Shown piece by piece: positions 39,301 to 51,258 of a stretch of 64,000 nt of DNA. The stretch comes from Nemertoderma westbladi (Eukaryota; Animalia; Xenacoelomorpha). How positions within the stretch are numbered: position 1 is the stretch's first letter; each line of letters starts with the position of its first letter. Made by a program: the position numbers and the translations under genes. The notes beneath the pieces were generated by a model. That model was not told the DNA's origin, made no database searches, and saw nothing but the letters and a program-made list of their open reading frames with translations. The stretch lies in assembly GCA_032718475.1 (NCBI GenBank), contig JAUCBJ010008636.1, forward strand, positions 1 through 64,000. The letters are read 5' to 3'.

Positions 39301-40889
39301 TGGACAGTCCCTTCCAACTCTCGGACCTGTTGGGAGGAGAGTCTCCGATTCTCCTTCATCTCTCCGAGGAGAATGTCCATCCCCCGCCGTCTCTCGTCTA
39401 CCCAATCAACCGCCGAAACGGGATCCGCTAACGTCGTAGCGGGCAGACGAGGGACAACGGGCGACAAATTTGGAATATTTCGCTCGGGGTCCAGGACCTG
39501 AACTGTCTCCTGGGCAGTTCTACGGGGCACAGGTAGCTTAGTGCTATGCAGAGGGAATTTATAGGTAGCTTCAGGGAGCACAGGTGTATCTATTACCGAA
39601 GGGGTGATTTCAAGAACAGGCCTAATTATTTCAGGCTCATCTACTATAGTAGGGAGTCTTTCTATTTTAATTATTTGGTCTGTGGGCTCTGTACTACCTA
39701 AGTTGGTATTATTTAGTTGCCTTCTAACAGCTGGAGGCAAATCAGGCAATTTCTGACGGTGGAATGTTCTTTTACGTCTGCTTAGACGAGATCTATTTCC
39801 TTTGCCTTCAGTATCGGTGGTATCGCCTTCCTCCGATGATGTATATCCCTGTCTTTTGGGAGTAGATCGATCCATCATCTGCATATTGCTAGCCGTTAAC
39901 TGTTTACTGAAGTCGTCTTGCTTCTCTTGAAGATTTTCCAACTCCAGTTGGATGATCTCTTCAGCCGCTTTTCATTCTACTTCCGCCACTGCTGCCGCTT
40001 TTGCCTCTGCCGCTGCCGCTTTTGCCTCTGCCGCTGCCGCTTTTCGTTCTGCTTCCGCCACTGCTGCCGCTTTTGCCTCTGCCGCTGCCGCTTTTGCCTC
40101 TGCCGCTGCCGCTTTTCGTTCTGCTTCCGCCACTGCTGCCGCTTTTGCCTCTGCCGCTGCCGCTTTTGCCTCTGCCGCTGCCGCTTTTCTTTCTGCCTCT
40201 GCCACGGCTGCTATCTTTCTGTCTTCTATACGTTTTTTCTTTACTTGCTCTTCTTGGACTCTAGTGATGCGGAGGAGTTCATCAAATTTAGCTTGGTTCG
40301 CAGCTAACATTTCCGCATCGATTGCGTCCAGCACAAGCTTGGTTCCTTCACTATTAGGGCTAAGCCCCTCCAGCCTTCTCCTCAACTCTTCATCTCCTAC
40401 AAAGCGTTGATAGTCTGACAGATAGATGTCAATGGCATCTCTCTTTCGCAGCCCCTCCGCTGTCCCTTCGCTTTCTTCTTGAGAAGAAGTGGTGTCGGTT
40501 GATTCTTCATAGGTTGGCCGCTCATCATAAACCTTATCCACCATCTTCGCTCCGCATTCGGGCGTCCGCTCATCAGTATCCGAACTACTGGAGCTATCAG
40601 GCCGTTGAGAAGTAAGTTCTTGGCTCGCGGGTTGTTGCGGTTCCGCTGCTTCTTGGTCTCGCTTGACCTGAGCTCGAGTACCGATGATAGACCTACGGCG
40701 CTTCACTAACTTCGCGAATTGCGAAATTGCTTCTACTAACCTAGGTTCTGACACAGCTACTGTAGGGGTTGTCTTTCTTACAGTAGGAGGGGTTTCAGAC
40801 CTCGGTCTGGGATTCTCTATACTCCTATCTGAGAAACAGACTGTTGTTTCTAGGAGACTATCTGACAGAGTTTGCCTTGTGTCAGTCAT
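36330..40889 (-). CDS. BEL/Pao gag-protease polyprotein with internally deleted pol; about 1519 codons with one in-frame TGA at 39972-39974
   Basis: ORFs 39972-40889 and 36330-39941 share a frame. BEL gag motifs KFNGDEMKWLPF...EKLRYLIECLEG...LNIRYG, three zinc knuckles, ALLDSGS protease, RNase H tail NPTDIASRG. No YxDD RT motif and no DDE integrase core. Confidence 0.9.
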
Positions 40890-41019
40890 GTTTGTTTGTA
40901 CAGTTGGATGCCTACTGCTATATTACAGTCTAAGCAAGTCTAGTAATTCAGTATTAACTGCTAGCCTAGTAATTAATTACCGATACTGCTACTCAGTGTA
41001 GCGTGATATATATATAATA

Positions 41020-41395
41020 TATTAAAATACCGGTATGCTTATAGTATATATAAGTATTATTACAGACTAGGTTTATCTCAGAATACCGGTATAATTTTAG
41101 CACAAATATATATAAATATATAATAGGCCTATCGGGAATACCGGTATACAGCTTACAATTTGTAGTATATATAAATCTGGACTAGAATTAATTACAAGTA
41201 CCGGTATAATTTCAGCCTAAATTTATAGAAATAAAGATAATAGGCCTATCGTAAATACCGGTATGCAGTTTACACTTATAGTATATATATATAAGTGTAA
41301 TTACAAACTAGAATTAATTACAGAATACCGGTATGATTTCAACCTAAAATTTATAGAAATAAATATAATAAGCCTATTGTAAATACCGGTATATC
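41020..41395. repeat. Tandem ~55-120-bp AT-rich repeats containing AATACCGGTAT in the element leader
   Basis: TACCGGTAT recurs seven times at roughly regular spacing. Confidence 0.8.
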
Positions 41396-42323
41396 AATTA
41401 TTTTAAATAACTGAATTTCTGAATTTTAAGGGTTACTTGGTTACCTTAACTTACTTTATTGCCGTTATTTAAGCAGTAGTCCAACTGATATTGAGACCTA
41501 ATTGTTGTATGGCAGGCCTACTATTTATAAATCGTTTGAGTTGATTTATAATATATATATACCCGTTTTAATGGGTTTTGTCAATGTTGAAATAAATGTT
41601 ATTATTTCTGGGGAGTAATCACTACACAAAGCGGTGCGCTTTCAGTGAAGTGTTACTTATAGGACACTAAAACAAATAATTCTAATTTACCTAAGTTACT
41701 TAATACTACAAATTACGTACAATTCGGGTGAGATTACAATCTCTAAATAAACACAAAAATTTACAAAAACACAAATACGAAATTTTTTAGGGTAATTTTA
41801 CAAGAAGTCTACAAACCAGCCTAACAAAGGGTTAGAAAACTGGTTATTACAACGGACAGGGTACTACGGTATTTGAAATAATAAGTAGTAGTAAATACAC
41901 TACGTTGTCTAGATAGAAAAATACCACCGCCTGACGACCTATAGCCGTATCGCTATAGGTTCTACGTTATGTATCACGGAGTGTTCCTACCTAGAAGTTA
42001 ATAGAGCTAATCGAATGTGCCTATCAACCACTTTACAACACAGATATAATGTCTACAATAATTACTTCGGAAAGTACTGTACACTAAACCCTAAATTAGG
42101 TACGAGTACTTGTACAACAGATAATCAGTAATTAAATATACTTGAACAGCTAAAAGAACCACGGCATCTGCTGGAGTGACCGATGCACAAAATCACCAGT
42201 CTTTACCTACGCCAAGCAGCCCGTGTAGTACCGAGGTTAATTTAACTATAGCGGTATGTATAACAAACACAATTACTGTAGGAACAAACTTGGGGAATGA
42301 ATGTTGCGGATAATCGCATAAAC

Positions 42324-42900
42324 TCTAAATAATAAATATTACGCTACGCGTACAAACTACTCAAACAAAATGCAGACCGAACACTGACAGACTACTATCA
42401 AGCCTAAACAAACTACAGGACATGCAGACTCCGAAATGATTAGGGAGTATGCGCTCTAACCCAGTAGTGCGACTTATTCTTTAGTTGGGGGTTTACCTTA
42501 CCGCGTTCGCTGCCCCTACTTCCTAACCGTACTTAATCGGACAAGTGATCTACACACGCTGCAATCCGTTCAGACCTAATAACAGCCAGACAACTATCCA
42601 GCCTACAAATTATCTAAATAAATATTATACGCTACCCGTACAGACTTACACAAACAAAGTACAGACTAAACGATGGCAGACTACTCTCAAGCCTAAATAA
42701 ACTACAGGACATGCAGACTCCGAAATGATTAGGGAGTATGTGCTCTAACCCAGTAGTGCGACTTATTCTTTAGTTGGGGGTTTACCTTACAGCGTTCGCT
42801 GCCCCTACTTCCTAACCGTACTTAATCGGACAGGTGATCTACACACACTGCAATCCGTTCAGACTTAACAGCAATCAGACAACAGCTCAGCCTACAAATC
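42324..42900. repeat. Two tandem ~290-bp units in the element leader
   Basis: 42324-42612 and 42613-42900 align; the central ~170 bp is nearly identical. Confidence 0.9.
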
Positions 42901-43193
42901 GTCTGCACAATCTGATCAGGTTTACACGCCTTCTGTTCAATACTGGCCTACAAACAAATAAAACTGACAGAAATAGGCCTAAGTAAAAATCCCAATAAAA
43001 ACCAGGCGTCCCCGATTAATTATTAAGACCTACCGGCATATATAATCAAATCGAATAATACTACTGTACTTATACGGAAGTACCGGTTAGGACAGTTAGG
43101 CCTACTGACCTACAGATGGGCCGTTCAGGTTTACCGGTTGACCGGTACTTTCAACTTTATTGCTTACTGCAATAAAGAAGCTATATCCTTTAA

Positions 43194-44385
43194 TGTTCGC
43201 GCTTTCAGACCTTTGGCAGTTTAACCCGCCAAATTAAGATGTCTTCTAGATATTAAATCGCTTTTTAGCCTATGACAAGTATTTGATTCACTACACTAGT
43301 CGAAACCAATCTGTGCGCGATCATTCACCCGCTGGATATTCCCGGGAGATTGGGTTCGACGGTTTAATTTTATTGCTATGTAAGCCTAATGTATTATTCG
43401 ACTGACAGTATTATATAATCTCTGACAATATTATTCACCTTCGGTAATATTAACAGTTCCTTTAGGACGTGGCGCTTTATCTACATAAACAGAGTTATGA
43501 CTTAAACTACCCACAACGATATGGCTCAATTATAATTCACATATATGGCGCATTCTTTAGGAATGCTTCTTTAACAGACTCACTCATACACAATGCTGCA
43601 CAATACTGCACACTAATCTGCCGATCTTCACTGATTTTAGTCACATATAAAAGGAACACAGACTGACTCATGTAGGGTCTATCAAATAACATTAGATTCA
43701 CTTCAAACCACTTTAACATAAGTCACAATCGTTTATCTGTAACCTTTCTCTCTTACCTTCGGTATATCAAGAATATTGGGTTTAGGGGTTATTTCTCGTT
43801 ATTCCAATATAATAATTCATCAACCATATTATGAAGAACTGACAGTAAATAGCAGTATAAAACAACAACTGAACACTGATTGTTATGAGTTTGCAATGTT
43901 TCAGCAGTCAGTATGTATGATCAGTTAGCAGTTAAAGGATATATGTCCTTATAATTAAACCTACTAGTGTTGGACTAAAAAGCAGAAAACACAAAACACT
44001 ACAAAGCCGTTCTTTCGTGGCTTTGAAAAACTCGTGACTACTGCTCTATACGAGGATACCAACTACTCTTATTCCACGAAGCTCCCGTTCAACACAGAGA
44101 AAGAGCAGTGAGATAGGAAAATTTCAGTTCAGTAGCTCTGTGATAGGTTAAAATCAAGGCTAACTCAAATTCTATTGGGAGATACACAAACAAGGCTATG
44201 ACGCAACCTCCCTAGGCTTGTTGGCCGATTAAACAGAGCCCAGATGCCTGCGTACAGCAAATCAGCCAATAAGCTGGTAACTTGCACTATTTTTAGCTAT
44301 AGATCCCTTTTGAGAGTATTCTAGCGACTGGGGGGGAACTGGCCAACAAGGCAAACGAATCAGTTATCCCACAAAAGCTTTTACA
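43194..44385 (-). repeat. 5' LTR of the inner element
   Basis: TG...CA termini; followed on + by TSD GTCCT. Confidence 0.95.
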
Positions 44386-44390
44386 GTCCT

Positions 44391-47146
44391 CTTCTTGAGA
44401 AGCCTGGCTTTCGCCGTCGTCTGTATAACACACTGGTGTTACCTTTCTCCTAGAAACGGGTTTCTCACTTACCTTATTTTCTGGTGTCTTCTCTCTGGAC
44501 TGCTTTAGGAGCTGTAATTTTACCTCTCCATCTAAGAATGACATGAGATCAGCCATGGTAGGGTCTCTTCGTTGTTGTTCCATCATATATAAGACTTTCT
44601 TGTCCCAGCGTGTACCTACTCCACCCTTTGGTAAAGTAGAGGCCACGGCTCCAATAACCATAGAACTCTGATATTCATGAGACTTACCTAGCCAATCTAA
44701 TTGTCTACAGATCTCCTGAATCTCATCGGAAAACTCTATAATCCCGCTGCTAATGAACTTTCGGGGCGCTACCAATTTTGCATACAAATACCTAGCTATG
44801 TTGTTCCTATTACCATACCTGATGTTTAGTGTATCCCAAACTTGTCTTAATCCATCTAGATGTCCAATAAACTATAACGCCATTAACTTGGGAGATCCTT
44901 CCAAGCACTCGATGAGGAATCTAAGTTTCTCTCCGTTAGATAGCACAGAATTCTGTATGTTATCTTTATAATATTCATTAAAAGGTAACCATTTCATCTC
45001 ATCTCCGTTGAACTTGACGATCTCTCCCACCTTTACCGCTTGACGGGCTTCGGTTCTAGCCATTTGACGCGTAAAACTTTCTTGGGCCATCGTGTTATTT
45101 AATATCGAGTTATCGGTATATAAATTTCTCGGATTATGATCAGGTCTATATGGAATATCATTGTCAACAGGTTTATAATTACCCTTAATAGGGTTTACTG
45201 TAGTTTCTACTTCACTAGCAGTATAGATGCGTGTAGGCTCCACACCTTGCGCATGAAATACTTCAGACCTAACAGGTTGACACATTGTTACAGGGGGTGG
45301 TGGTATACCCTTTTGTGTATTTACTAATTTATCGCGTTCTAACGCGATACTCTGCTGCACTTCTTGCAACTCTAACCTACTTTCCCTTACTGTTCCCTTG
45401 AACTGTTGAACAGTCTCCTGCATCTGCCCGAGCAGGAGATCCATCCCCCGCCATCTCTCATCCACCCACTCGACCGCCGAAGCGGGAGCCGCCAACATAG
45501 TAGCGGGTAGACGAGGGACCACGGGCGACAAATCATTGATATTTCACTCGGAGTCCAGGACAGGAACTGTCTCAGGGGCTGTTCTGCTGGGCACAGGTAG
45601 TTTAGTGCTGCGCAAAGGGAATTTAGAGGTAGGTTCTGGGAGTACAGGTGTCTCTATCACCGAAGGGGTGGCTTCGAGAACAGGCCTAATTATTTCAGGC
45701 TCATCTACTATAGTAGGGAGTCTTTCTACTCTAATAATTTGGTCTGTGGGTTCTGTACTACCTAAGTCTGTGCTAGCTAGTTGCCTTCTAACAGCTGGGG
45801 GCAAATCAGGCAATTTCTGACGGTGGGGCATTCTTCTACACCTGCTTAGACAAGATCTATTTCCTCCGCCTTCAGGATCGGTGGTATCTCCTTCATCAGA
45901 TGTTGTAAATCCCTGCCTTTTGGGAGTAGATCGACTTATCATCTGCATTTGACTAGCTGTTAACTGTTTATTTATGCAGTCTTGCTTCTCTTGAAGATTT
46001 TCCAACTCTAGTTGGGTGGTCTCTTCAGATGCTCTCCGTTCTGCTTCTGCCACTGCCTCTGCCGCTTTTCTTTCCGCTTCTGCTGCTGCCACTGCCGCTT
46101 TTCTTTCCGCTTCGGCCGCTGCCACTGCCACTTTTCTTTCCGCTTCTGCCGCTGCCACTGCCGCTGCCACTGCCGCTTATCTTTCAACTTCTGCCGCTGC
46201 CGCTGCTGCTGTCTTTCTGTCTTCTATACGTTTTTTCTTTACCTGTTCTTCTTGGACCCTAGCGATGCGGAGTCTTTCATCAAATTTAGCTTGGTTCGCA
46301 GCTAACATTTCCGCATCTATTGCGTCCAACACAAACTTGGCTCCTTCACTATTAGGACGAAGTCCAGCCAGCCTTCTCCTCAACTCTTCATCACCTAGAA
46401 ATCGTTGATAGTCTGACAGATAGATGTCAATAGCGTCCTTCTTCTGCGGTTTCTATGCTGTCGCTTCGCTTTCCACTTGAGAAAAGGTAGCGTCTGTTGA
46501 TTCTCCATGGGTTGAGCGCTCAGCCAGCTGAGATTTCCACTGGGCCGTTCCTTGAACCTTGAGACCCACCCGCTGGAACCAAGTCTTTACGGCAACTTGC
46601 AACGACGTGTCTTGTCTTCTTTTCGAAGCCTCCTCAAAGGCCGATACGATTAGTCTGATTCTTAGAATTCTTGCTCTAACTTGATAAAGCAGCTCTCCCT
46701 GCTCTTGAGGTCCTTGGGGTTGTCGAAACAGTTGTTCCTCTAATCGCTCCAAAGAGCTGAAGAATCCCTGTACATATCCTGCTGCCGACCTCTTCCACAC
46801 AGCTGGATCATTAGTGTCTTTTGTCACTCCCATCCTGTATAAGTCCTCCCAGGCAGCTTCCGATAAGTTAAACGGGAGTCCGGGTCCGGGGAAGTTCCAT
46901 TGCGTCTCGACAATAGACTTCAGTTCCTCCCTTGTGTATCCCGCATAACTGTCCTTGGTCGATCGCTTACTTCTCGCCCAATCAATTTGGTGTTCCTCCA
47001 CCGCAATCAATACCCTAGTGAGTACGGCTGCAGGAAGAATGAGAAGGGGATCCGAATAAACCGCATCTGCCATCTTTGCTCCGCGCTCGGGTGTCAACTC
47101 TACAGCATCTGAACTACTGGAGCTATCGGGCCGCTGAGAAATAAGT
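44391..47146 (-). pseudogene. Outer element: 5' part of gag, with stops and frameshifts, truncated at its 5' end
   Basis: ORF pieces 44293-44787, 44872-45531, 45544-46170, 46177-46383 and 46453-47151 are colinear with the inner gag. Confidence 0.9.
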
Positions 47147-47171
47147 AACAAAGGTAAGTTTAAGTAATAAA

Positions 47172-48268
47172 GGTAACGCTTTGAGTGCTATTCGTGAACA
47201 AGCTATCAAGTAAACTAGACAAATTTTAACAATATACAATATACAACAATACAATAACAATACAAAATTTTAAAAATACTGTCATAATGGTGTCATAGGA
47301 AATTCTGTGGAATTATTTCCTAGGAAATTATGCCCCGGCCATTTTTTACTAGTTGATTTCGTCCCCGGCCATTTCTCCTTAGTAAATTATTACCCCCTCC
47401 CCCCCCCCCCCCCCCCCCCCCGTAATGGGACCGTTGGCAAAACCCCGTAATTTCTCATTTATATACTGGTTTGAATTGCGGCCATGACACAAACATTATT
47501 GAGGGAACACAAACATTAATCTGGAATACAAATATTTATCAGGGACACAAACATTAATCAGGGACACACATTAAGTGGTACAAACATTAATAAGGGAGAA
47601 AAACATTAATTAGGGACACATATTAATCAAGGGCACATCATTAATAAGGGACAGAAATATTAATCAGGGTCACAAACATTATTGAGGGACACACATTAAT
47701 GATGGACACAAACATTAACGAGGGACACAAACATTAATGAGGGACACACATTAATGAGAGATACACATGACTAAGGGGCACAAACATTAACGAGGGACAC
47801 AAACATTAATGAGGGACACACATTAATGAGGGACTTACATTAATAAGGGAAGCAAACATTAATGAGGGACACATATTAATGAGGGACACACATTAATAAG
47901 GGACACAAACATTAACGAGGGACACAAACATTAATGAGGGACACACATTAATGAGGGACTTACATTAATAAGGGAAGCAAACATTAACGAGGGACACAAG
48001 CATTAATGAGGGACACACAGTAATCAGGGGCACAAACATTAATAGGGGTGAATGCTTGCCAATGGATATTAATATGAGCGATGGTGATGCTTGCCATCAG
48101 ACGATAGACGATTAGATATTAAGTGATAAACTGAAAAAATACTACCATGGGAACGTGAGCTTCGATCAAAGTAGCGCCGCTTTGTATACATTCTATCTAC
48201 CTAATTAGATGGAAATTAATTGAAAGCGACGTTTGGTTACGTTGTTCAGCTGCCTGTTTTGCTGCTAC
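47172..48268 (+). repeat. Second copy of the flank segment 24984-26080
   Basis: Same length and near-identical sequence. Confidence 0.95.
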
Positions 48269-49446
48269 TGTTCGCGCTTTTAGACCTTTAGCAGTTTAAC
48301 CTGCCAAATTTAGGTGTCTTCTAGGTTATAAATCGACTTTAGCCTATAACAAGTATTTGATACACATAAAGTTACATTAGCCGAAGCCAGCCTATGCGCG
48401 ATCATTCACCCACGGTTAAGGGAGACTGGATTCGGATGCTCTGACCTTATTGCGGTGTAGACCTACTGTATTATTCGATTGATCGTTACTATAATATCTC
48501 TGACAAATATTATTCACTTTCGGGAAATATTAACAGTTCCTTTAGGACGTGGAGCTCTAAGTATGTAAACAGAGTTATGACTTACACTAAACACAACGGG
48601 ATGGCTAATGATTCACGTATAAAGCGCATTCTTTAGGAAATGCTTTGTTATCTATCACACTCATGCACAATACCGCACACTGCTGCACACTGATCTGCCG
48701 ACCTTCACTAATTTTAATCACATATAAGGAGAACAGCAACTGACACATGTAGGGTCTATGAAATAGCATTCAATTCACTCCAAAACCACTATAATGTGAG
48801 TCGCAATTTCTATATGTAACCGGTCTCTCTAACCTTCAGTATATCAAGAAGATTGGGGGTTTCTGATTATTTATCGATATTCTCCAAATATAACAACATA
48901 TCCATCAAATGATAACACTTAATAACCGACAGTAAATAGCAGTAAAATAATGCGGTGAAAGGTATGTATAGTATGATATGGGCTGAGTTGCGATGTACTG
49001 ATAACAGTTATACGTTTCTATAATCAAAGCCGTTCTAATGTTTGGCTAAAGTCTTAAACACCGAATAATTCCACAGCCGATGTTCTGGGCTCAGGAAAAA
49101 AGGTAAACAAAGACCATAATGCATTGCGCGATTTCCCGGAGGCTTCTGTGCAAATAAAATGAAAATCGCTCTGATTGGTCGAGCCGAACAAAGAACAAAG
49201 AAAAGCTCTACGTGGACATATCAGCTGATAGATGACGTCATCTGAACTACACTGTATCATGAGTATTTTGGCGTATTGCGGCATAAAATCGCTAGTTATG
49301 TCCGCTAAAGTACACATACAGAAAAATGGCTTTTTATGTCCACTAAAACACCTACACAGTAAGAAAACGGCTTTTTATGTCCGCTAAAACACCTACATAG
49401 TACTTTGCGGGAAAAATGACTAGCTAGATCCGCAAAAGCCTTTACA
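48269..49446 (-). repeat. LTR flanked by GCTAC on both sides (solo-LTR configuration)
   Basis: GCTAC at 48264-48268 and 49447-49451; roughly a dozen substitutions relative to 26081-27258. Confidence 0.92.
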
Positions 49447-49619
49447 GCTACCCCCCCCGACTGTTATACCGCCATATTTTCAATTTACCTCCTACCCCCA
49501 CCATTCATGTCACCCCCCCCCCCCCCCCCCCCCGCAATTCCTGTCTCCCCTTCATGTTCATTATTTTTTTACTCCTTCCTTTATTAGTAACATAACATGA
49601 ATGGAATGAAATGATGGTG

Positions 49620-50112
49620 CCCATGATTAATGTTTGTGCCCTTGATTGATATGTGTCCCTCGTTTAATGTTTGTGTCCCTCATTAATGTTTGTGTCCCTC
49701 ATTAATGTTTGTGTACCTTATTAATGTTTGTGTACCTCATTAATGTTTGTGTCCCTTATTAATGTTTGTGTACCTCATTAATGTTTGTGTCCCTCATTAA
49801 TGTTTGTGTCCCTCATTAATGTTTGTGTACCTCATTAATGTTTGTGTACCTCATTAATGTTTGTGTCCCTCATTAATGTTTGTGCCCTTCATTAATGTTT
49901 ATGTCCCTCATTAATGTTTGTATCCCTCATTAATGATTGTGTCCCTCATTAATATTTGTGTCCCACATCAATGTTTATGTCCCACATTAATGTTTGTCCC
50001 CCTGATTAATGTTTGTCCCCCTGATTAATGTTTGTCCCCCTGATTAATGTTTTTCCCACATTAATGTTTGTAGCGCTGATAAATATATATGTCCTTCATT
50101 TAATGTTTGTGT
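49620..50112. repeat. 19-bp minisatellite ATTAATGTTTGTGTCCCTC, the inverted partner of the arms at 25298-25860 and 47486-48045
   Basis: Reverse complement of GAGGGACACAAACATTAAT. Confidence 0.9.
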
Positions 50113-50333
50113 CCAAGTTGCTATGGGGTTCCGGACGTTTTGGATAACTTGGTCAGCAATAAGCAACTTAATTTGAGTAACCATTAACTTTTAGTCTCCG
50201 TTATATGAGGTATCTTTTACAGCAACAAACTTCGCGTTTGCATAGAGCAACTTGATCGGCAACCTGACATGCTCACCAAGTTGCTGATAGAGTTGCTCAA
50301 AATGTTGCCACGTACTGTAGAAAAAACAGTCTT

Positions 50334-50612
50334 GTGTTCCACCTTGGTGTAGTGGTTGCATTGAATTCAGATCTCCTGTAGGTCGTGGGTTCGATCCTCA
50401 CATGGGCCAGGGCAGTTTTCGTTTCGGCACGAATGCTTTAAAGGGACCAGCCAGGGCGCATCTCTGCCTTGCATCCTTGAGTGGTAGCTAAATGAGTACT
50501 GGAGTTTCCTCTGGGGAGTAACGTTCTGGGGGGACCGCACTGGAAATAAGTCGTCAGACTTTGCGCGTAATCCCTGGCCTATCGGCCGAAGAAAATTTAC
50601 TTTTTTACTTTT
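50334..50612 (+). mobile_element. tRNA-derived SINE
   Basis: A box TGGTGTAGTGG, B box GGTTCGATCC, central CATCCTT...TAAATGAGTAC segment, (TTTAC)-type tail, 8-bp TSD ACAGTCTT at 50326-50333 and 50613-50620. Confidence 0.88.
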
Positions 50613-51101
50613 ACAGTCTTTAATTATTCGTCATGACGTATAGACTCGCATTTGGCTAGACATTGTTCTTACTATAGAGTACCACCCATGGCTATATTTT
50701 ATACTTAGAGTTCCGTTTGCTTGAATCTAAATTTTGTTCTTATAGTTCTGCATTTGGCTACATTTTGTTCAATTTGTATTGATACATGATTCTAACTACA
50801 GTCCCGTACTTATTTTAAAAGCAATTCGTACCAAAATATCAAACACTTACGGAGCACTTTAGAATTTTGAATTCAAAAATTTCCAACATGTGCGCAAGTG
50901 TGTTAGCTGTATTGTATGTGCTTATTTGTTATTATTGCGTTCACAGGTAATACTAACACCTGCTCATGTGCTAGTTAACATGTTAGATAGCACGTATTAG
51001 CTAATAACAAATGCGCACATGTATTACGTGCGCACTACGCACTAAATCATTAAGGACGCACGATACGCCTTGGCTATAATTTGATATATTTTGAGTGTTT
51101 T

Positions 51102-51258
51102 TTGAAAAAAATTCGGACTTATGGTGTTTTGCCTAATTGAGGATGCCTTGTTTTCTAGGCAATACCCCGCAACTATCGTATGGTTACGGGATAATACCAG
51201 AAAACGGTGTTCCCCCTTGTTTTGGCAAAACACCATAAGTCCGAATTTTTACAAAAAA
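51102..51258. repeat. Inverted repeat with arms of about 30 bp
   Basis: AAAAATTCGGACTTATGGTGTTTTGCC / GGCAAAACACCATAAGTCCGAATTTTT. Confidence 0.8.

Larger units (their letters stand above)
32395..44385 (-). mobile_element. Young (inner) non-autonomous BEL/Pao LTR element, 11991 bp
   Basis: LTRs 32395-33585 and 43194-44385; the only difference I could see is a 1-bp indel. TSD GTCCT at 32390-32394 and 44386-44390. The outer gag is continuous across the insertion. Confidence 0.95.
26081..49446 (-). mobile_element. Older (outer) non-autonomous BEL/Pao LTR element, interrupted by a nested copy and rearranged at its 5' end
   Basis: 1178-bp LTRs at 26081-27258 and 48269-49446; GCTAC at 26076-26080 and 49447-49451; PPT at 27259; gag-protease remnants between. 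Confidence 0.85.

Noticed and set aside
39972-39974. Programmed stop-codon readthrough between gag ORFs
   Set aside because: The outer copy has a sense codon here and the repeat unit has CGA, so a point mutation is the simpler explanation.
39918-40410. Cys/Arg-, Ala/Ser- and Leu/Pro-rich plus-strand ORFs (also 46012-46408)
   Set aside because: Antisense shadows of the gag Ala-rich repeat.
50334-50410. Possible tRNA gene
   Set aside because: No proper cloverleaf or acceptor stem; it continues into a SINE body with tail and TSD.
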